Positions 38,023 to 51,604 of a DNA stretch of 64,000 nucleotides are shown here, in pieces. Positions within the stretch are counted from its first letter, which is position 1. Each line of letters begins with the position of its first letter. The notes beneath the pieces are model-generated. The model worked only from the letters and a program-made list of their open reading frames with translations, ran no database searches and was not told the DNA's origin. The stretch is from NCBI RefSeq assembly GCF_006345805.1, contig NC_042999.1:65596001-65660000 (forward strand), given 5' to 3'. Source of the DNA: Octopus sinensis. Taxonomy: Eukaryota. The position numbers and the translations under genes are program-made.

Positions 38023-38994
38023 GTATATATATCATTTTTAGTACAGTATGATGTGATGCTGTGTGTGTTTAATTTTCATAGGTAACAGACGAAGCAACTC
38101 TCTATACACAAAATAGTTGTGTATAGAGATACACAACATCGTTTCCTAATTTGTTATATATTTTCAGAACATCCCACAAGGATTGCATGTAAATTAGCTT
38201 TCCACTTTTGTACGAAAATATTTACTCAATTTTGACTGAATGATCTATCATAAATTTTCACCAATAAATCATATTTTCCTTGAACAGAATTGCCTCGAAA
38301 TTATTCCGTTTCTTTTTTGTTTTTCTTTTTGCTCTTTGTAAGTCAATAATTGTTGCCGCTAGGATTTATATTTTTATTTGAGTTGTTTCGCTACAAAGTG
38401 ACAATTTTCAATTCTTTACAAATATTTTGTTTTCATCATTCATTTCATTAACTTTCATTGTGACACATATTTTTCATTATGTATGTAGATATAAACGCGC
38501 CTATAAAAATATATGACATGATTCTTAGAGCAAAAACATGGGTACATCAATATATTAACATGAAAGCAACAGTTAACAGCCTTCATATAAAATTTCAGTG
38601 AGAATTATCTAATTAGAAGGGCATTCAAAACCTTCCTCTATAAATGGAACAATAGATAAAAACTCCACAGAATTAAACAAATATCGAGCAAAACTCAAGT
38701 TTACAGAGCAATGGTAAAAGAAATAAACCTGAAACTACACTTATTAAATATTCACGCAGTACGCTGAAAGTGTGTTATAGGAATAATTTGTATAACATCT
38801 ATATATATTAAAAATATCGCATCATGAGAAAGACCGCAAAATATATTGCATTAATCCATAATCTAAATTTAATGACGTCTCACAGTATCACTTAAAATGC
38901 AAAAGAAGACCAAACAGAGAAAAGCATACAAAATCAAAATCAAAACAAATTTCAGACATTAATAAACTATCAGCATGTATACTCCAGAATAACC

Positions 38995-39310
38995 TGCTAT
39001 TGAACTATAGTGTCTTCTTTCTCGAACCATGCCTGGCTCATAAGGGCCGGTTTCCCGGTTTACTTTGCGTATAGTTTCCCCACCTGGACGGGACACCGGT
39101 CCGTCGCAGGTGAGCTGCAAGATACAGGAGGAAAGAGTGAGAGAAATTTGTGGCGAAAAAGTCAGCAGAAGTTGGCCACCACCTTCTGCCGGAGCCGCGT
39201 GGAGCTTAGGTGTTTCGCTCATAATCATACACATCGCCCAGTCTGAGATTCGAAACCGCGATCCCTAGATCCGCGAATCCGCTGCTCTAACTACCAGGCC
39301 ATATGCCTCC
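38995..39310 (-). mobile_element. tRNA-headed SINE with a V-like segment
   Basis: GGAGGCATATGGCCTGGTAGTTAGAG head, GGTTTCGAATC, CTGCGACGGACCGGTGTCCCGTCCAGG, and the GAAACCGGCCCTTATGAG tail shared with the 8971 copy. Confidence 0.75.
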
Positions 39311-41433
39311 ACATTGGACAATAACACTCATAAATTAAATAATAAATGTGAAAGATGTAAGTGGCTCTTCTGCAGCAATTATTTTGGATATACAAATGCG
39401 ACACTCTACCTGTAGATCACTAAGAACCTGGTTCGTAATATTGACGATACAGCAGAAAATGAGCTTAGATATAAAAACATGTTTGGAATACATTTAAGCA
39501 TAGCTCTCTAATTATTATATTGGGTAAAATAATACCAGTAACAGCACACAATGCCAAAAGAAGACAATACCCATGAGGTTTGCAAGGTCTCCGGACGGGT
39601 CATATTCATGATATATTCATATCATTCATTATCTTTTGCAACTGTTGCAAGTGTAAGAAAGACACTGGCAAGGAGAAGATCCCAATGTGTAGGACTAGGT
39701 TCTGGAGAGGAAGGACTGAAAATAGTGGTTAGTGTGATAACTGGATGGTTAGAAACGACAGCGTTGACGAAAGAGGGAGAGGTGCGGGTGTAGCTAGTGC
39801 ATGAGTAGGACTTATGACAGCCAGTTCCGATGAAGAAAGGCTGCTATAGTGACCAACAATAGAAGAGGTTTCCAATTCTGAAAATTGTTTCAGTCATTAG
39901 ACTGCAGCCATGTTGAGACACCACTTAGCACGTTAAATAAATGCTAATGTTAATCTAATTAATAAAGTAAGGGAAACAGATCTGATTAGACACATACGAT
40001 TAGAAGTCGAACTAAACTGAAAGTGTAATTTATTTTAATCATGGCAATAACAGAGACGTATCCAGACATGTTCCGTTTTCATTAGATCTTGTAAAATATT
40101 TGCATATGGTTAGTTGGTAAAATATATTGGTTGTATTCTTAGATTTACATTGAAATATATCTATCCTCAATTATCTCTTTAATGCTTTGCACCAGTCTCA
40201 GAAATGTCAATAATCAATTACTCTTCTCTGTTGGTGTTCCAGTCTGCCAAATGATATTTGTAATATTAATGACCTACATCATACATAATTATGTTGTTGA
40301 TCTCTATTTGTGGTTTCGTAATGGATATTTCTATAAAATTCATTCAAGTAGTTCCTAATTGGTCGTCTTTTATTTACAAACATCTCTCTCATGATGCCAA
40401 CTTATATTTGTAATTGTTATCATGAATGTTCTAAAAGATTTATTTTGATTTATTAGGACTAATTTAATTACGACACTAAGACAAACATTTCTGTCGTTAC
40501 ATGTTGCGCAATGTTGACAGAAAACCAATTTTTGTATATAGCAGTCCTCAGAAATACATTTTGATATCAAATTAAAACAATGTCAAGATACAAGATTATT
40601 GCCCTCGCCGATCCCACACTACTCGAAGATAAAATACAAGATGATCACATATCAGCCATGTCAAGGCTCACCTTGGGTTAACCTGAACATAACATTTAAA
40701 AAAGAACAACTAAAAGCAGCATTCGTTGCTTGCAAACAAGTATGAAGAGGTTGGATGTACCACGTTTTCACTAGTTTCTTTAGGTACCTATATCGTAGTA
40801 ACGAGGCATTGAGCCATAATTGACCCACTCCTAATTGACTGAGGAGACCAACTAGGATATGACAGCTGGAAGAACGCGTGTATGCAGCTCTACCCATGGT
40901 ACATATTACAGCTGAGTTGACTGCAGCAAAGTGAACCGAAGTGAATTGTTTATAGGCACAACACAACCTCCGATCCAGAAATCGAACCTTTGATTTTGTA
41001 ATCGGAGCTCAACACAATAATCACAAGGTCATAAAAAAAACGGAATATTCAAGAAAATAAAAAATAAATGAAAGCAACTTAGAAGCCCCTCCACGATCGC
41101 TCAAGTTGCTAGAAATAGCGATCAAATTTCTCTCAAATCACGCTCTTGTACGAAAGGAGGAAGATGAATTTATAAACTAAAACTGAAAGAGGAAAATGAA
41201 CATGATGAGCATAGTTCGAACATCATTGATGATAGATCCACTCGATCATGGTTTATTTTGCGGTTAATCAACAGCAACAATATTACGTTTCGAAACATCG
41301 TTTATATTAAGGTTAAATATTATATTAATAGAGAAATACTATATGATGAAATTACATTCAAATAAAATACACAAGTAACAAAACGGAGAACTCAAATACT
41401 GTTTTCAGAGATTACTTCGACTGTTATTTTATA

Positions 41434-41595
41434 GGCGTAGGAGTGGTTGTGTAATAAGTAAATTGCTTCCGAACCACATGGTTCGGGGTTCAGACCCACT
41501 GCATGACACCTTCGGCAATGTCGTCTACTATAGCCTCGGGCCGACCAAAGCCTTTTGAGTGGATTTGGTAGACAGAAGCTGAAAGAAGCCCGTCG

Positions 41596-41658
<63 letters not shown>

Positions 41659-41867
41659 TGTGTGTCTGCGTTTGTCCCCCAACATCGCTTGACAACCGAT
41701 GCTGCTGTGCTTACTTCCACGTAACTTAGCGGTTCGAGAAAAAGAGGCCGATAGAGTAAGTACTAGGCTTGCAAAGAATAAGTCCTGGGGTTGATTCGCT
41801 CGAATAAAGGCGGTGCTCCAGCATGGCCACAGTCAAATGACTGAAACAAGTAAAAGAGTAAAGAGAG
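41434..41867 (+). mobile_element. SINE family B, full-length reference copy
   Basis: GGCGTAGGAGTGGTTGTGT head, GGTTCAGACCC B-box-like motif, (TA)n, body, and GGCGGTGCTCCAGCATGGCC...GAAACAAGTAAAAGAGTAAAGAG tail. Confidence 0.9.
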
Positions 41868-42063
41868 TATATTGTATATGAAATCTTCGATGAAATATTG
41901 CATACGATACATCACCAAATAGTGTCAGTCAAAGCGTTAGTGATAATGCGATTGGTTATACTAACAATTTTAAGTTTTTATGTATATATAAAATCAGGTG
42001 CTTCGATATATATACACGTACACACATACTCACTCACACATACACACACATATATATACATAC

Positions 42064-42101
<38 letters not shown>

Positions 42102-42874
42102 ACGTTACAAAAATCGATGCAAGTATTATACATTTTGATATATTAGTATAGACATGTAGATGTATATAGATACTGATTAATTTCTTTCGCTACTTGGTCA
42201 TGTGTATGTTAAAACAACTCTGAACTTTTACTTTGACAAAATTCACTTTTACTTGTTTCATATGTATTATATTAATTGAAATATTTTTTACTTGCATCTC
42301 TATTTTTATATTTTATGCGTACATGTCAGCACTGACAGTTTGTCATGATGTTCTTCAGCCCCAAGTTATTCCATCAAACAGACCCACGAGACTTGACCAA
42401 TCTCCTCACTTTTCTTTTTTCAGATAAACTATATTTAAAATGGTCTAACATGTTTTTTCTTTAAAGTAGTAGACTGGGATCTAAAGAAAACTTTGCTGTC
42501 CAATATATCGGACAACCCAGTGGAAGCTTACTGTATAAACGACGTGGATGACTTATCGGAAACAACAATAAGGCTGATCAAGATTTCTGTCTTAATGTAT
42601 TAAGTCTAGAGTCAAAGCTCATAAACTTAACTTTCATCTCTGTGCAGCCAACACAATAAATTCTTGTTATTAGTGTCCTTGTTCTTTAATGTCAACATCT
42701 GCTCTGATCGATGATAAAACAAATGATACGGCCATGAAATGTTGTGCGGTAAAATTTTCACTGACTCTGAATATCTACCACTACTGTTCAACTATTATCG
42801 TTGCCAACACTGACTATCAGCAGTTTCCTTGCATTCAGGATTCTATTCTATTCGAAAGGATCTCAAATGAAAAT

Positions 42875-44320
42875 TTGGCTGCGTGGTAAGAACTTTGCTT
42901 CCCGAGCACATGGGTACTCATTCAGCCCCACTGTGCGGTATCTTGAGCAAATATATTCTATTATAGACCTTGGTCAAACAAAAGATACGAGGGGCGTTCA
43001 ATAAGTAATGCCCCTGACCCACTTCCCATAGCAGTAGAGCAACGAAACTTGGCACAGTTATTAGTCTTTTTCTACATAGGAACCACCCAGAGTTACGCAT
43101 TTCTCCCATTGTTTGATGCGGCTCTGGAGACCGTTTTTGTAGAAGAACCCAGCTTGGTCCTCCAACCTCAACGTGACTTCAGAAATCAAGGCTGCATCAT
43201 CTGGGAAACGCTTTCCTTTCAAAAACAACTTCATGATTGGGAAGAGGTGAAAATCAGAGGGTGCAAGGTCAGGAAAGTAGGGGGGATGGAGGGGAGTTCA
43301 TAGCCATACGCCTGTGCTTCTGATCTGGCGACACGCGAGTTGTGGACCGGAGCGTTGTCTTGCAGGAGGAGGATGCCTTTGCTGATCTTGCCCCGCCTCT
43401 TGATTTTGATAACTTCTCTTAATTTCCTCAAAAGTGATGCATAATAGGCTCCTGCAATTGTGGTACCCTTTGCCAGGAAATCTGTCATCACTACTCCGTC
43501 CTGGTCCCAGAAGACTGTGAGCATGACCTTGCCAGCAGAGGGCTGCACCCTTGCCTTCTTTAGAGGGGGTGAGTCACGGTGCTTCCACTGCATTGACTGG
43601 GCTTTGGTCTCTGGATCATCGTGATGGACCCAGGTTTCATCCTGTGTAATCAGTCTTTTGAAAAATTCTGACTCATCTTCTTGGCACATCTCCAAGTTCA
43701 CCCTCGAGCACTCGACGCGTTCTTGCTTCTGGAAAGGCGTGAGCAGCCTGGGAATCCATCTGGCAGACACCTTTTGCATATGCAAATGGTCATGAATGAT
43801 AGTTTCCACAGACCCGGTACTAATCTTGACCTCATGGGCTATTTGGCGAATAATTATGCGTCGATCTTCCAAAATGGCAGACTCAACTTGACGGACAGAT
43901 GCCTCATCAATGGCAGAAAGGGGCGACCAGATCTGGGAGCTGTTTCCACAGAGTTCCGACCATGTTTGAATTCACGATGCCAGCGTTTTACAAGGTCATA
44001 TGATGGGGCATCATCACCATAAGTTACTTTCATTTCATCAAAAGTCTCCCGTGATGTGCGCCCTTTCAAATACAAAAACCGGATCACTGCTCGACACTCA
44101 ACAGGCTCTATTTCACACTTGACTCGGTTCAAACACCTGTAAATCAGAAACCACAATTAATTCAGAGCTGTAATTTGCCACTTACTCTATAGAGATATCA
44201 CTAATTGCACATGCAAACTTTCAGCTGGATCAAACAACTGCAAGTGGGTCAGAGGCATTACTTATTGAACGTCCCTCGTATGTGAGTGGATTTCGTAGAT
44301 AAAAACGGAAAGAAGATACA
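42875..44320 (+). mobile_element. SINE family B head split by the mariner
   Basis: ...GGTCAAACAAAAGA TA|mariner|TA TGTGAGTGGATTTCG rejoins to the SINE motif CCAAAGCCTTGTGAGTGGATTT. Confidence 0.75.
42988..44278 (-). mobile_element. Full-length mariner (DD34D) transposon, 1291 bp, TA target duplication, disrupted transposase
   Basis: TIRs of ~37 bp (CGAGGGGCGTTCAATAAGTAATGCCCCTGACCCACTT, 2 mismatches) with TA at 42986-87 and 44279-80. Motifs WIPRLL, ITQDETW, LQDNAP and frameshifted PDLAPSDF. The presumed start reads ATA (44111) and the stop is at 43061. Confidence 0.95.
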
Positions 44321-44373
44321 CAAAAACACACAAGTGCCCTTACACAGTTATACATACGCATAAACATAGAATA

Positions 44374-44389
44374 TTCACATGAAATGTGT

Positions 44390-44420
<31 letters not shown>

Positions 44421-44565
44421 ACATGAATGTATATATATATAATCTATATATATATATATATTATATCCACATGAATGTATATATATATATATATATATAA
44501 TATAATATATATCCACATGAATGTATATATATATATATATTATATATATATATATATCACATGAA

Positions 44566-44610
<45 letters not shown>

Positions 44611-44616
44611 CATGAA

Positions 44617-44655
<39 letters not shown>

Positions 44656-44736
44656 CATGAAATGTGTATATATATATATAATATATATATTCACATGAAT
44701 GTGTATATATATATTATATATATATATTCACATGAA

Positions 44737-44773
<37 letters not shown>

Positions 44774-44779
44774 CATGAA

Positions 44780-44818
<39 letters not shown>

Positions 44819-44839
44819 CATGAAATGTGTATATATATA

Positions 44840-44873
<34 letters not shown>

Positions 44874-44945
44874 TCACATGAAATGTGTGTATATTATATT
44901 ATATATATATATATTATATATTCACATGAAATGTGTGTATATATA
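44374..44945. repeat. Composite minisatellite CACATGAA(A)TGT-(TA)n
   Basis: The CACATGAA spacer recurs more than ten times, separated by variable (TA)n. Confidence 0.95.
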
Positions 44946-44979
44946 TATATATATATTATATATATATATATTATATATA

Positions 44980-45019
<40 letters not shown>

Positions 45020-45161
45020 TATATATATATATATATATGCATAATATATATATAATGCATATATATAATATATATATTAGAGACAAAACCACTATTTTGC
45101 AAAAACAAACAAGGAAAGACTTAATCAATACATAAAATTTAATAAATAGTCAAAAAAACCG

Positions 45162-45204
45162 CCACTACAATCGTTTCTTGTCTTGATCGACAATCTTCAG
45201 GTGG
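45162..45204 (-). ncRNA. Minimal type-I hammerhead ribozyme (left arm)
   Basis: The reverse complement reads CCAC CTGAAGA TTGTC GATCAA GACAA GAAA C GATT GTA GTGG. Confidence 0.85.
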
Positions 45205-47343
45205 ACTTCCAATCTAAAAAATCAAAATTTAAAATATAAAAATAATAATAATTTTAAAATAATTAAAGTATGAATGAAAAAATATAATTATATAATCCAT
45301 ATATAACCTATATATAATCCATATATAATCAATATATAAACAATATATAAACTAAAAAAACCTATCAACATTAAATATAAAATATAAAATATAAAATATA
45401 AAACAAAACAAAAAAAATAATAATAATATAATAATAAACTATATATACACCCATACACATATACCTAATTATTATAACCATATCTAACTACATACACTAA
45501 TCACACACCTATATATATATCCCTATACATACACATAAAAACGTCTAGGCAACTATAAATAAATAAAATAGCTAAATACTTCAACACAATACTTATTCAT
45601 ACTCCCACACACACACACATACAACCCACATTCACGTTCTAGAAAACGGACATCACTCAAAACTATGAACGGAGAAATGGAATAAATGGAATTAAAAATT
45701 ATATTCACTGGTAAAACGAACACTACTTAAAAATTATGAATGAAACAATGCAATAAAACAACAGACATCGCAAATAGATACAAATTACTACGAATTACTA
45801 ACAAACCTACTATGATAAACCAAATCTCATAAAAAAAACATATAATGATAAAATCTCCTTTACTAAACTCTATAACAAACTATATAGCAATCCCCCTAAC
45901 CTAAACATTCACACACAAATACACACACGTAAACCACACACCTACGACATATACAAATACCCACACCACTTACACATACCAATACATACATATAAACCTC
46001 AACATATACTCCAAAAACCCACTCAACCCCACACAGACAAATAAACACAAAAATTATGAATGGATTCTTTTATAAAACTACCATGATAAGCTAAAACTCA
46101 CAAAACAGAAATGATAAAACCTCCCTTTACTAAACACTATAACATACTTATATAGCAATTCCTATGAGATTGTGTGCGAGTTTTTAGTTGTATAATTTAT
46201 TTATCTGTATGAGTGTGGGTGTGTAAATATTGTTGTATATATCGAGTTTAGTGAGTATGTATATGCGTATATGTGAGGGAGTATATGTATCTGTTGTGTG
46301 TGTGGTTTTGCGTGTGTGGTGTTTGTGTGTGAATGTGTATATGGGTTTGTTTTTTAGGTTTTGGGATGTATGTGTTAATTTGTCTGTGTGGGGGAGGAGT
46401 GGGTTTTGTGTATATTGAGGTTTATAAGTTAGGATAGGTATGTGTATAAGTCGTGGGTCTGTGGTTTACGTGTGTGTATTTGTGTGTGAATGTTTTGGTT
46501 AGGGGGATTACTATATAGGTTTGTTATAGAGTTTAGCAAAGGGAGATTTTATCGTTATATGTTTTTATGAGTTTTGGTTTATCATGGTTTTTAGGGAATT
46601 CGTGGTAATTTGTCTATTTTCGATGTTGGTTGTTTTATTACATTGTTTCATTCATATTTTTTGAGTGGTGTTCGTTTTGCTACGTGAAATACAACCGGTG
46701 GTGGACTAGCGTTGCTTGGAATTGTGAATGGAATAGTGTAGCAGTGAGGTAGGCATAGAGAATGGGTTTGCGTTACTGCAAGTTGTTTGTTAGAGCTGCT
46801 AAGGTGAGCTAAAGCTCATAGAGGTATAATGATTTTTCATGGTAGTTTTTTAAAGAATCCATTCATAATAAATTTTTTAAGTAGTGTTGTTTGCCACGTG
46901 GATATAGTTTTTAGTTCCATTTATTCTATTTTCCATTCATAATTTAAATGACGTTTACTTTCCATGCTTCCATGGCGCGTTTTCTTTTTTACATAAGTTT
47001 TTCTATGGTAACGTATTTGGTTTGATTTTTTAACGGCTAAGAATTTAATTTCACTTCATAATTTGACACTGAATTGTAAGTATGTATTTTATCCTTATGT
47101 CATATTGTTATTTTTGATATTCTGGTTAATTACGATGTATTTAATGTTGTTTTCATAGGAGTGTTTATGTATATGAGATTGTGTGCGAGTTTTTAGAGTT
47201 TATATATTGTTTATATATTGATTATATATGGATTATATATAGGTTATATATGGATTATATAATTATATTTTTCATTCATACTTTAATTATTTTAAAATTA
47301 TTATTAGTTTTATATTTAAAATTTTGATTTTTAGATTGGAAGT

Positions 47344-47386
47344 CCACCTGAAGATTGTCGATCAAGACAAGAAACGATTGTAGTGG
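47344..47386 (+). ncRNA. Minimal type-I hammerhead ribozyme (right arm)
   Basis: Stem I CCAC/GTGG, core CTGAAGA (47348-54), stem II TTGTC/GACAA, GAAA (47371-74), minimal stem III and GUA triplet. Predicted cleavage after 47382. Confidence 0.85.
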
Positions 47387-47529
47387 CGGTTTTTTTTGAC
47401 TATTTATTAAATTTTATGTATTGATTAAGTCTTTCCTTGTTTGTTTTGCAAATAGTGGTTTTGTCTCTAATAATATTTTATAATATTTTACTATAAAATT
47501 GGATTTAATCCTAAATCTGATTTTTTCCC

Positions 47530-47550
47530 TGTAAATATATAATATATATA

Positions 47551-47584
<34 letters not shown>

Positions 47585-47850
47585 TATAATGTATATATAT
47601 ATATATGCATATATGCATATATATGTATATATATATATATGCATATGTATAATATGCATATATGTATATATATATGCATATATATGTATATATATATATG
47701 CATTATATATATATATATGCATATATATGTATATATATATATGCATATATATGTATATATATATGCATATATATGTATATATATATATATGTATATATAT
47801 GTGTGTATATATATATATATACATTTATATATATATATATAAGTATATGC
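47530..47850. repeat. (TA)n/TGCATA composite microsatellite
   Basis: Direct reading. Confidence 0.9.
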
Positions 47851-47896
47851 ATATGCATTTATATGTGTGTGTGTGGTGGGGGGGGTTCTGTGTGTG

Positions 47897-49068
47897 TAAT
47901 TACAGCTTGAATTCTACGAGATATGGAGTCACAAATTTGAATTGCTTCCAAAGGAATTGTTGTCCATTCTTCAGCTAAAACAGTCTCCCGCTCTTGTAGT
48001 GATGATGGTGAAGGATATCGACTCCTTACTTGTTTTCCTAAAATGCACCATAAATGTTCAACAATATTGAGAGCTGGGAACTGTGGTGGTCAGATGCTGT
48101 GTTCAACTTCAGTAGAATGTCTCTCGTACGATACAGTAACAACTTTATCTGTGGGAATTGGTGCATTATCATCCTGAAAGATTGCGTTTCCCCCCGGAAA
48201 CCGTTCCGCAACCATACGATGACTTGTATCAGATAAAATGTTTCGTCTTGACGATTAATTCTGCCATGAAGGGAAACCATTGGGCCGACGGATTTCAAAG
48301 ATATAGCCCATCAGATTATCGCATATCCTCCTCCATGTTTAACAATTGAAAGAATGCAATCTGGCGCAAATGCATCTTTTGGCTGTCTCCACAGGTATAC
48401 TCGGCCGGTGGTCGGCAATATTGTAAAGGGCGACTCGTCCGAGAAAATAACATTTTCCCACTGCTCTAGTGACCAATTCTGTAGGTTTTACTCCACTCCA
48501 AACGCTTTGCAACGTTTGTTTTTAAAAGTAGTGATTATCTGTTTGCAGCCCTCCCGTGAACTCCAGCTTTGTGCAGCTCCCGGCGAAGTGTTTTCGTGGA
48601 AACTGGGTTCTCGAAGTGGTCATTAAGCACTGCCGTAATTTTGGGAGTTATACTTTTATGATCCCATTCTAACAATTCGCGTAAGATTCCGACGGTCCCT
48701 ATCTAAAAGTTTTGGTTTTCCTCCGGAGTTTTCTTTCGACGAGGAGGTTTTTCCCTCTTTCTCACATTACTTTAGAGTCAGTACTTCTTGATACACCAAA
48801 CATTTCGGCTGTTTTCGTTATACTAGCGCCTGCCATACGAGCACCAAGAATTTTACCTCTTTGAAAGTCCGATAGATCTGTCATTTTAATGAATTTTAAT
48901 TACCTTTCTCTGATGATATCGGAAAAGAAACAGCAATTGTAGCAAAACATATTAAGCAATATTAACAATAAATAATAAAAAACATAAAAATATACACGCT
49001 TTTTTAAGGTTTTATAGATATTTCAACATTATGATGCTAGGTGTTTCCATTATACTTTCCAACACCTG
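47897..49068 (-). mobile_element. Decayed Tc1-like transposon with DD36E spacing; one TIR retained
   Basis: TA|CAGGTGTTGGAAAGTATAATGGAAACACC end at 49068 and ATG at 48884 (MTDLSDFQRGKILGARMAGAS). Motifs VIFSDES, KHGGG, FQDDNAP and PPQFPALNIVEHLW, with several stops. The 3' end is lost in microsatellite. Confidence 0.9.
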
Positions 49069-49097
49069 TATATATGTATGCACACACACACAGATAT

Positions 49098-49127
<30 letters not shown>

Positions 49128-49128
<1 letters not shown>

Positions 49129-50351
49129 TAGAGTGCGTTTGTTCCTCACCACTACAAGAATCTGGAAACTGATACAGGGTGTTTGGACCTCCGCAACTAA
49201 TTGTTTTGGTAAAAGATTCCGATTGATTTTAAAAGATAGGCACAGCGGATCAATACGTTTTATAAATAAATACCTTAATTTAGTGCTACATTATGGCCGC
49301 TATTGAATGACTGAGGAAAATAAAAGAAAATGAAAATGCACAGAATGCCTAGACAGGTTTGTATGATTTAGAATTTGCGAAAACTACATTATCGAATGCA
49401 CCTTATAATTAAGACTTTGGATTGTAATTTGAGGGAGAATTAGCTATTTCAAACTAATTGATTTATGTAGAAGCCCTAAACTTATGTGTTCGAATTTATT
49501 CAGTAGTGAACCCCAATGTTTGTTCCAAGATAAATGAATTATTCTTTATTACAGTTAGTAACATATGATGCAAAGGGATGTGAATCTACTCAGTGGATAC
49601 TGTATATCTCCAAAACTTTGAAGTAGTAGTTCAATCCTAAAGAAACAAATAATATGCAACCTTAACTGGAACACACATTTCCAATTTAATTTGATTCGTA
49701 ATCACAGTCCACTTAGTGTTGATGAGCTGATATAGCAACGTATGTGTTTTTATGAGGGTAGCAAACTTACGTCCACAGTCGTGTGCACACACATACAGAC
49801 GTTTAGCGAGACAGACAGAAAGAAAATAGATAGATTGATAGATAGAGAGACAGCTACACATCCAAAACACACATACATATATGTAAGAAGACATAACGAC
49901 GATAATGGGCAGAAGGAATGCTTTATGAAATTTGTACATATAATTTACATGATATAATTAAGTAATATCTTTACAGCTGTTTCGATACATGATTGTTCGA
50001 CATAATTAATATAATGCATGCATATGCAATAATGAGGATGCAATGCGAGTATACGTTATAAAATATAGAATAGCACGTATTTTGATGTCTCTGTACATCA
50101 TTATCTTCAGGGGGGAAAAGAACGCTAACTTAAGTACATTTGTTCCGATTGTTATCCTTTTCGTTGTTCTATATACGCGTTCGATTCTGAACATTCTTCT
50201 AGCCAGAGTTTCTAACACTGGACTATGTGACATTGCAGAAAAGTTGGAGCTTACAATTCTGATCTCTCTGAGCACTAGTTAGTGACTATCTATCTAAAGC
50301 TGAAATAGGCATTTTAGTACCCGCTATATACATAAGTGTGCGCGTGTGTGT

Positions 50352-50391
<40 letters not shown>

Positions 50392-51604
50392 GTGCGTTTG
50401 TTCCTCACCACTACAAGAATCTGGAAACTGATACAGGGTGTTTGGACCTCCGCAACTAATTGTTTTGGTAAAAGATTCCGATTGATTTTAAAAGATAGGC
50501 ACAGCGGATCAATACTTTTATAAATAAATACCTTCATTTAGTGCTACATTATGGCCGCTATTGAATGACTGAGGAAAATAAAATAAATGAAATGCACAGA
50601 ATGCCTAGACAGGTTTGTATGATTTAGAATTTGCGAAAACTACATTATCGAATGCACCTTATAATTAAGACTTTGGATTGTAATTTGAGGGAGAATTAGC
50701 TATTTCAAACTAATTGATTTATGTCGAAGCCCTAAACTTATGTGTTCGAATTTATTCAGTAGTGAACCCCAATGTTTGTTCCAAGATAAATGATTATTCT
50801 TTATTACATTAGTAACATATGATGCAAAGGGATGTGAATCTACTCAGTGATACTGTATAATTCTCCAAAACTTTGAAGTAGTAGTTCAATCTAAAGAAAC
50901 AAATATATGCAACCTTAACTGGAACACACATTTCCAATTTAATTTGATTCGTAATCACAGTCCACTTAGTGTTGATGAGCTGATTAGCAACGTATGTGTT
51001 TTTATGAGGGTAGGCAACTTACGTCCACAGTCGTGTGCACACACATATCAAGACGTTTAGCGAGACAGACAGACATAAAGAAATAGATAGATTGATAGAT
51101 AGAGAGACAGCTACACATCCAAAACACACATACATATATGTAAGAAGACATAACGACGATAATGGGCAGAAGGAATGCTTTATGAAATTTGTACATATAA
51201 TTTACATGATATAATTAAGTAATATCTTTACAGCTGTTTCGATACATGATTGTTCGACATAATTAATATAATGCATGCATATGCAATAATGAGGATGCAA
51301 TGCGAGTATACGTTATAAAATATAGAATAGCACGTATTTTGATGTCTCTGTACATCATTATCTTCAGGGGGGAAAAGAACGCTAACTTAAGTACATTTGT
51401 TCCGATTGTTATCCTTTTCGTTGTTCTATATACGCGTTCGATTCTGAACATTCTTCTAGCCAGAGTTTCTAACACTGGACTATGTGACATTGCAGAAAAG
51501 TTGGAGCTTACAATTCTGATCTCTCTGAGCACTAGTTAGTGACTATCTATCTAAAGCTGAAATAGGCATTTTAGTACCCGCTATATACATAAGTGTGCGC
51601 GTGT

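Larger units (their letters stand above)
45077..47470. mobile_element. Non-coding fold-back element with ~280 bp inverted arms each containing a hammerhead; probable Penelope-like derivative
   Basis: Arms ~45077-45357 and ~47190-47470 are near-identical reverse complements. The interior is AC-rich then GT-rich with further degenerate inverted homology, and has no credible ORF. Confidence 0.8.

Noticed and set aside
44374-44945. CRISPR-like repeat-spacer appearance
   Set aside because: The variable parts are only (TA)n, there are no cas genes, and the context is eukaryotic.
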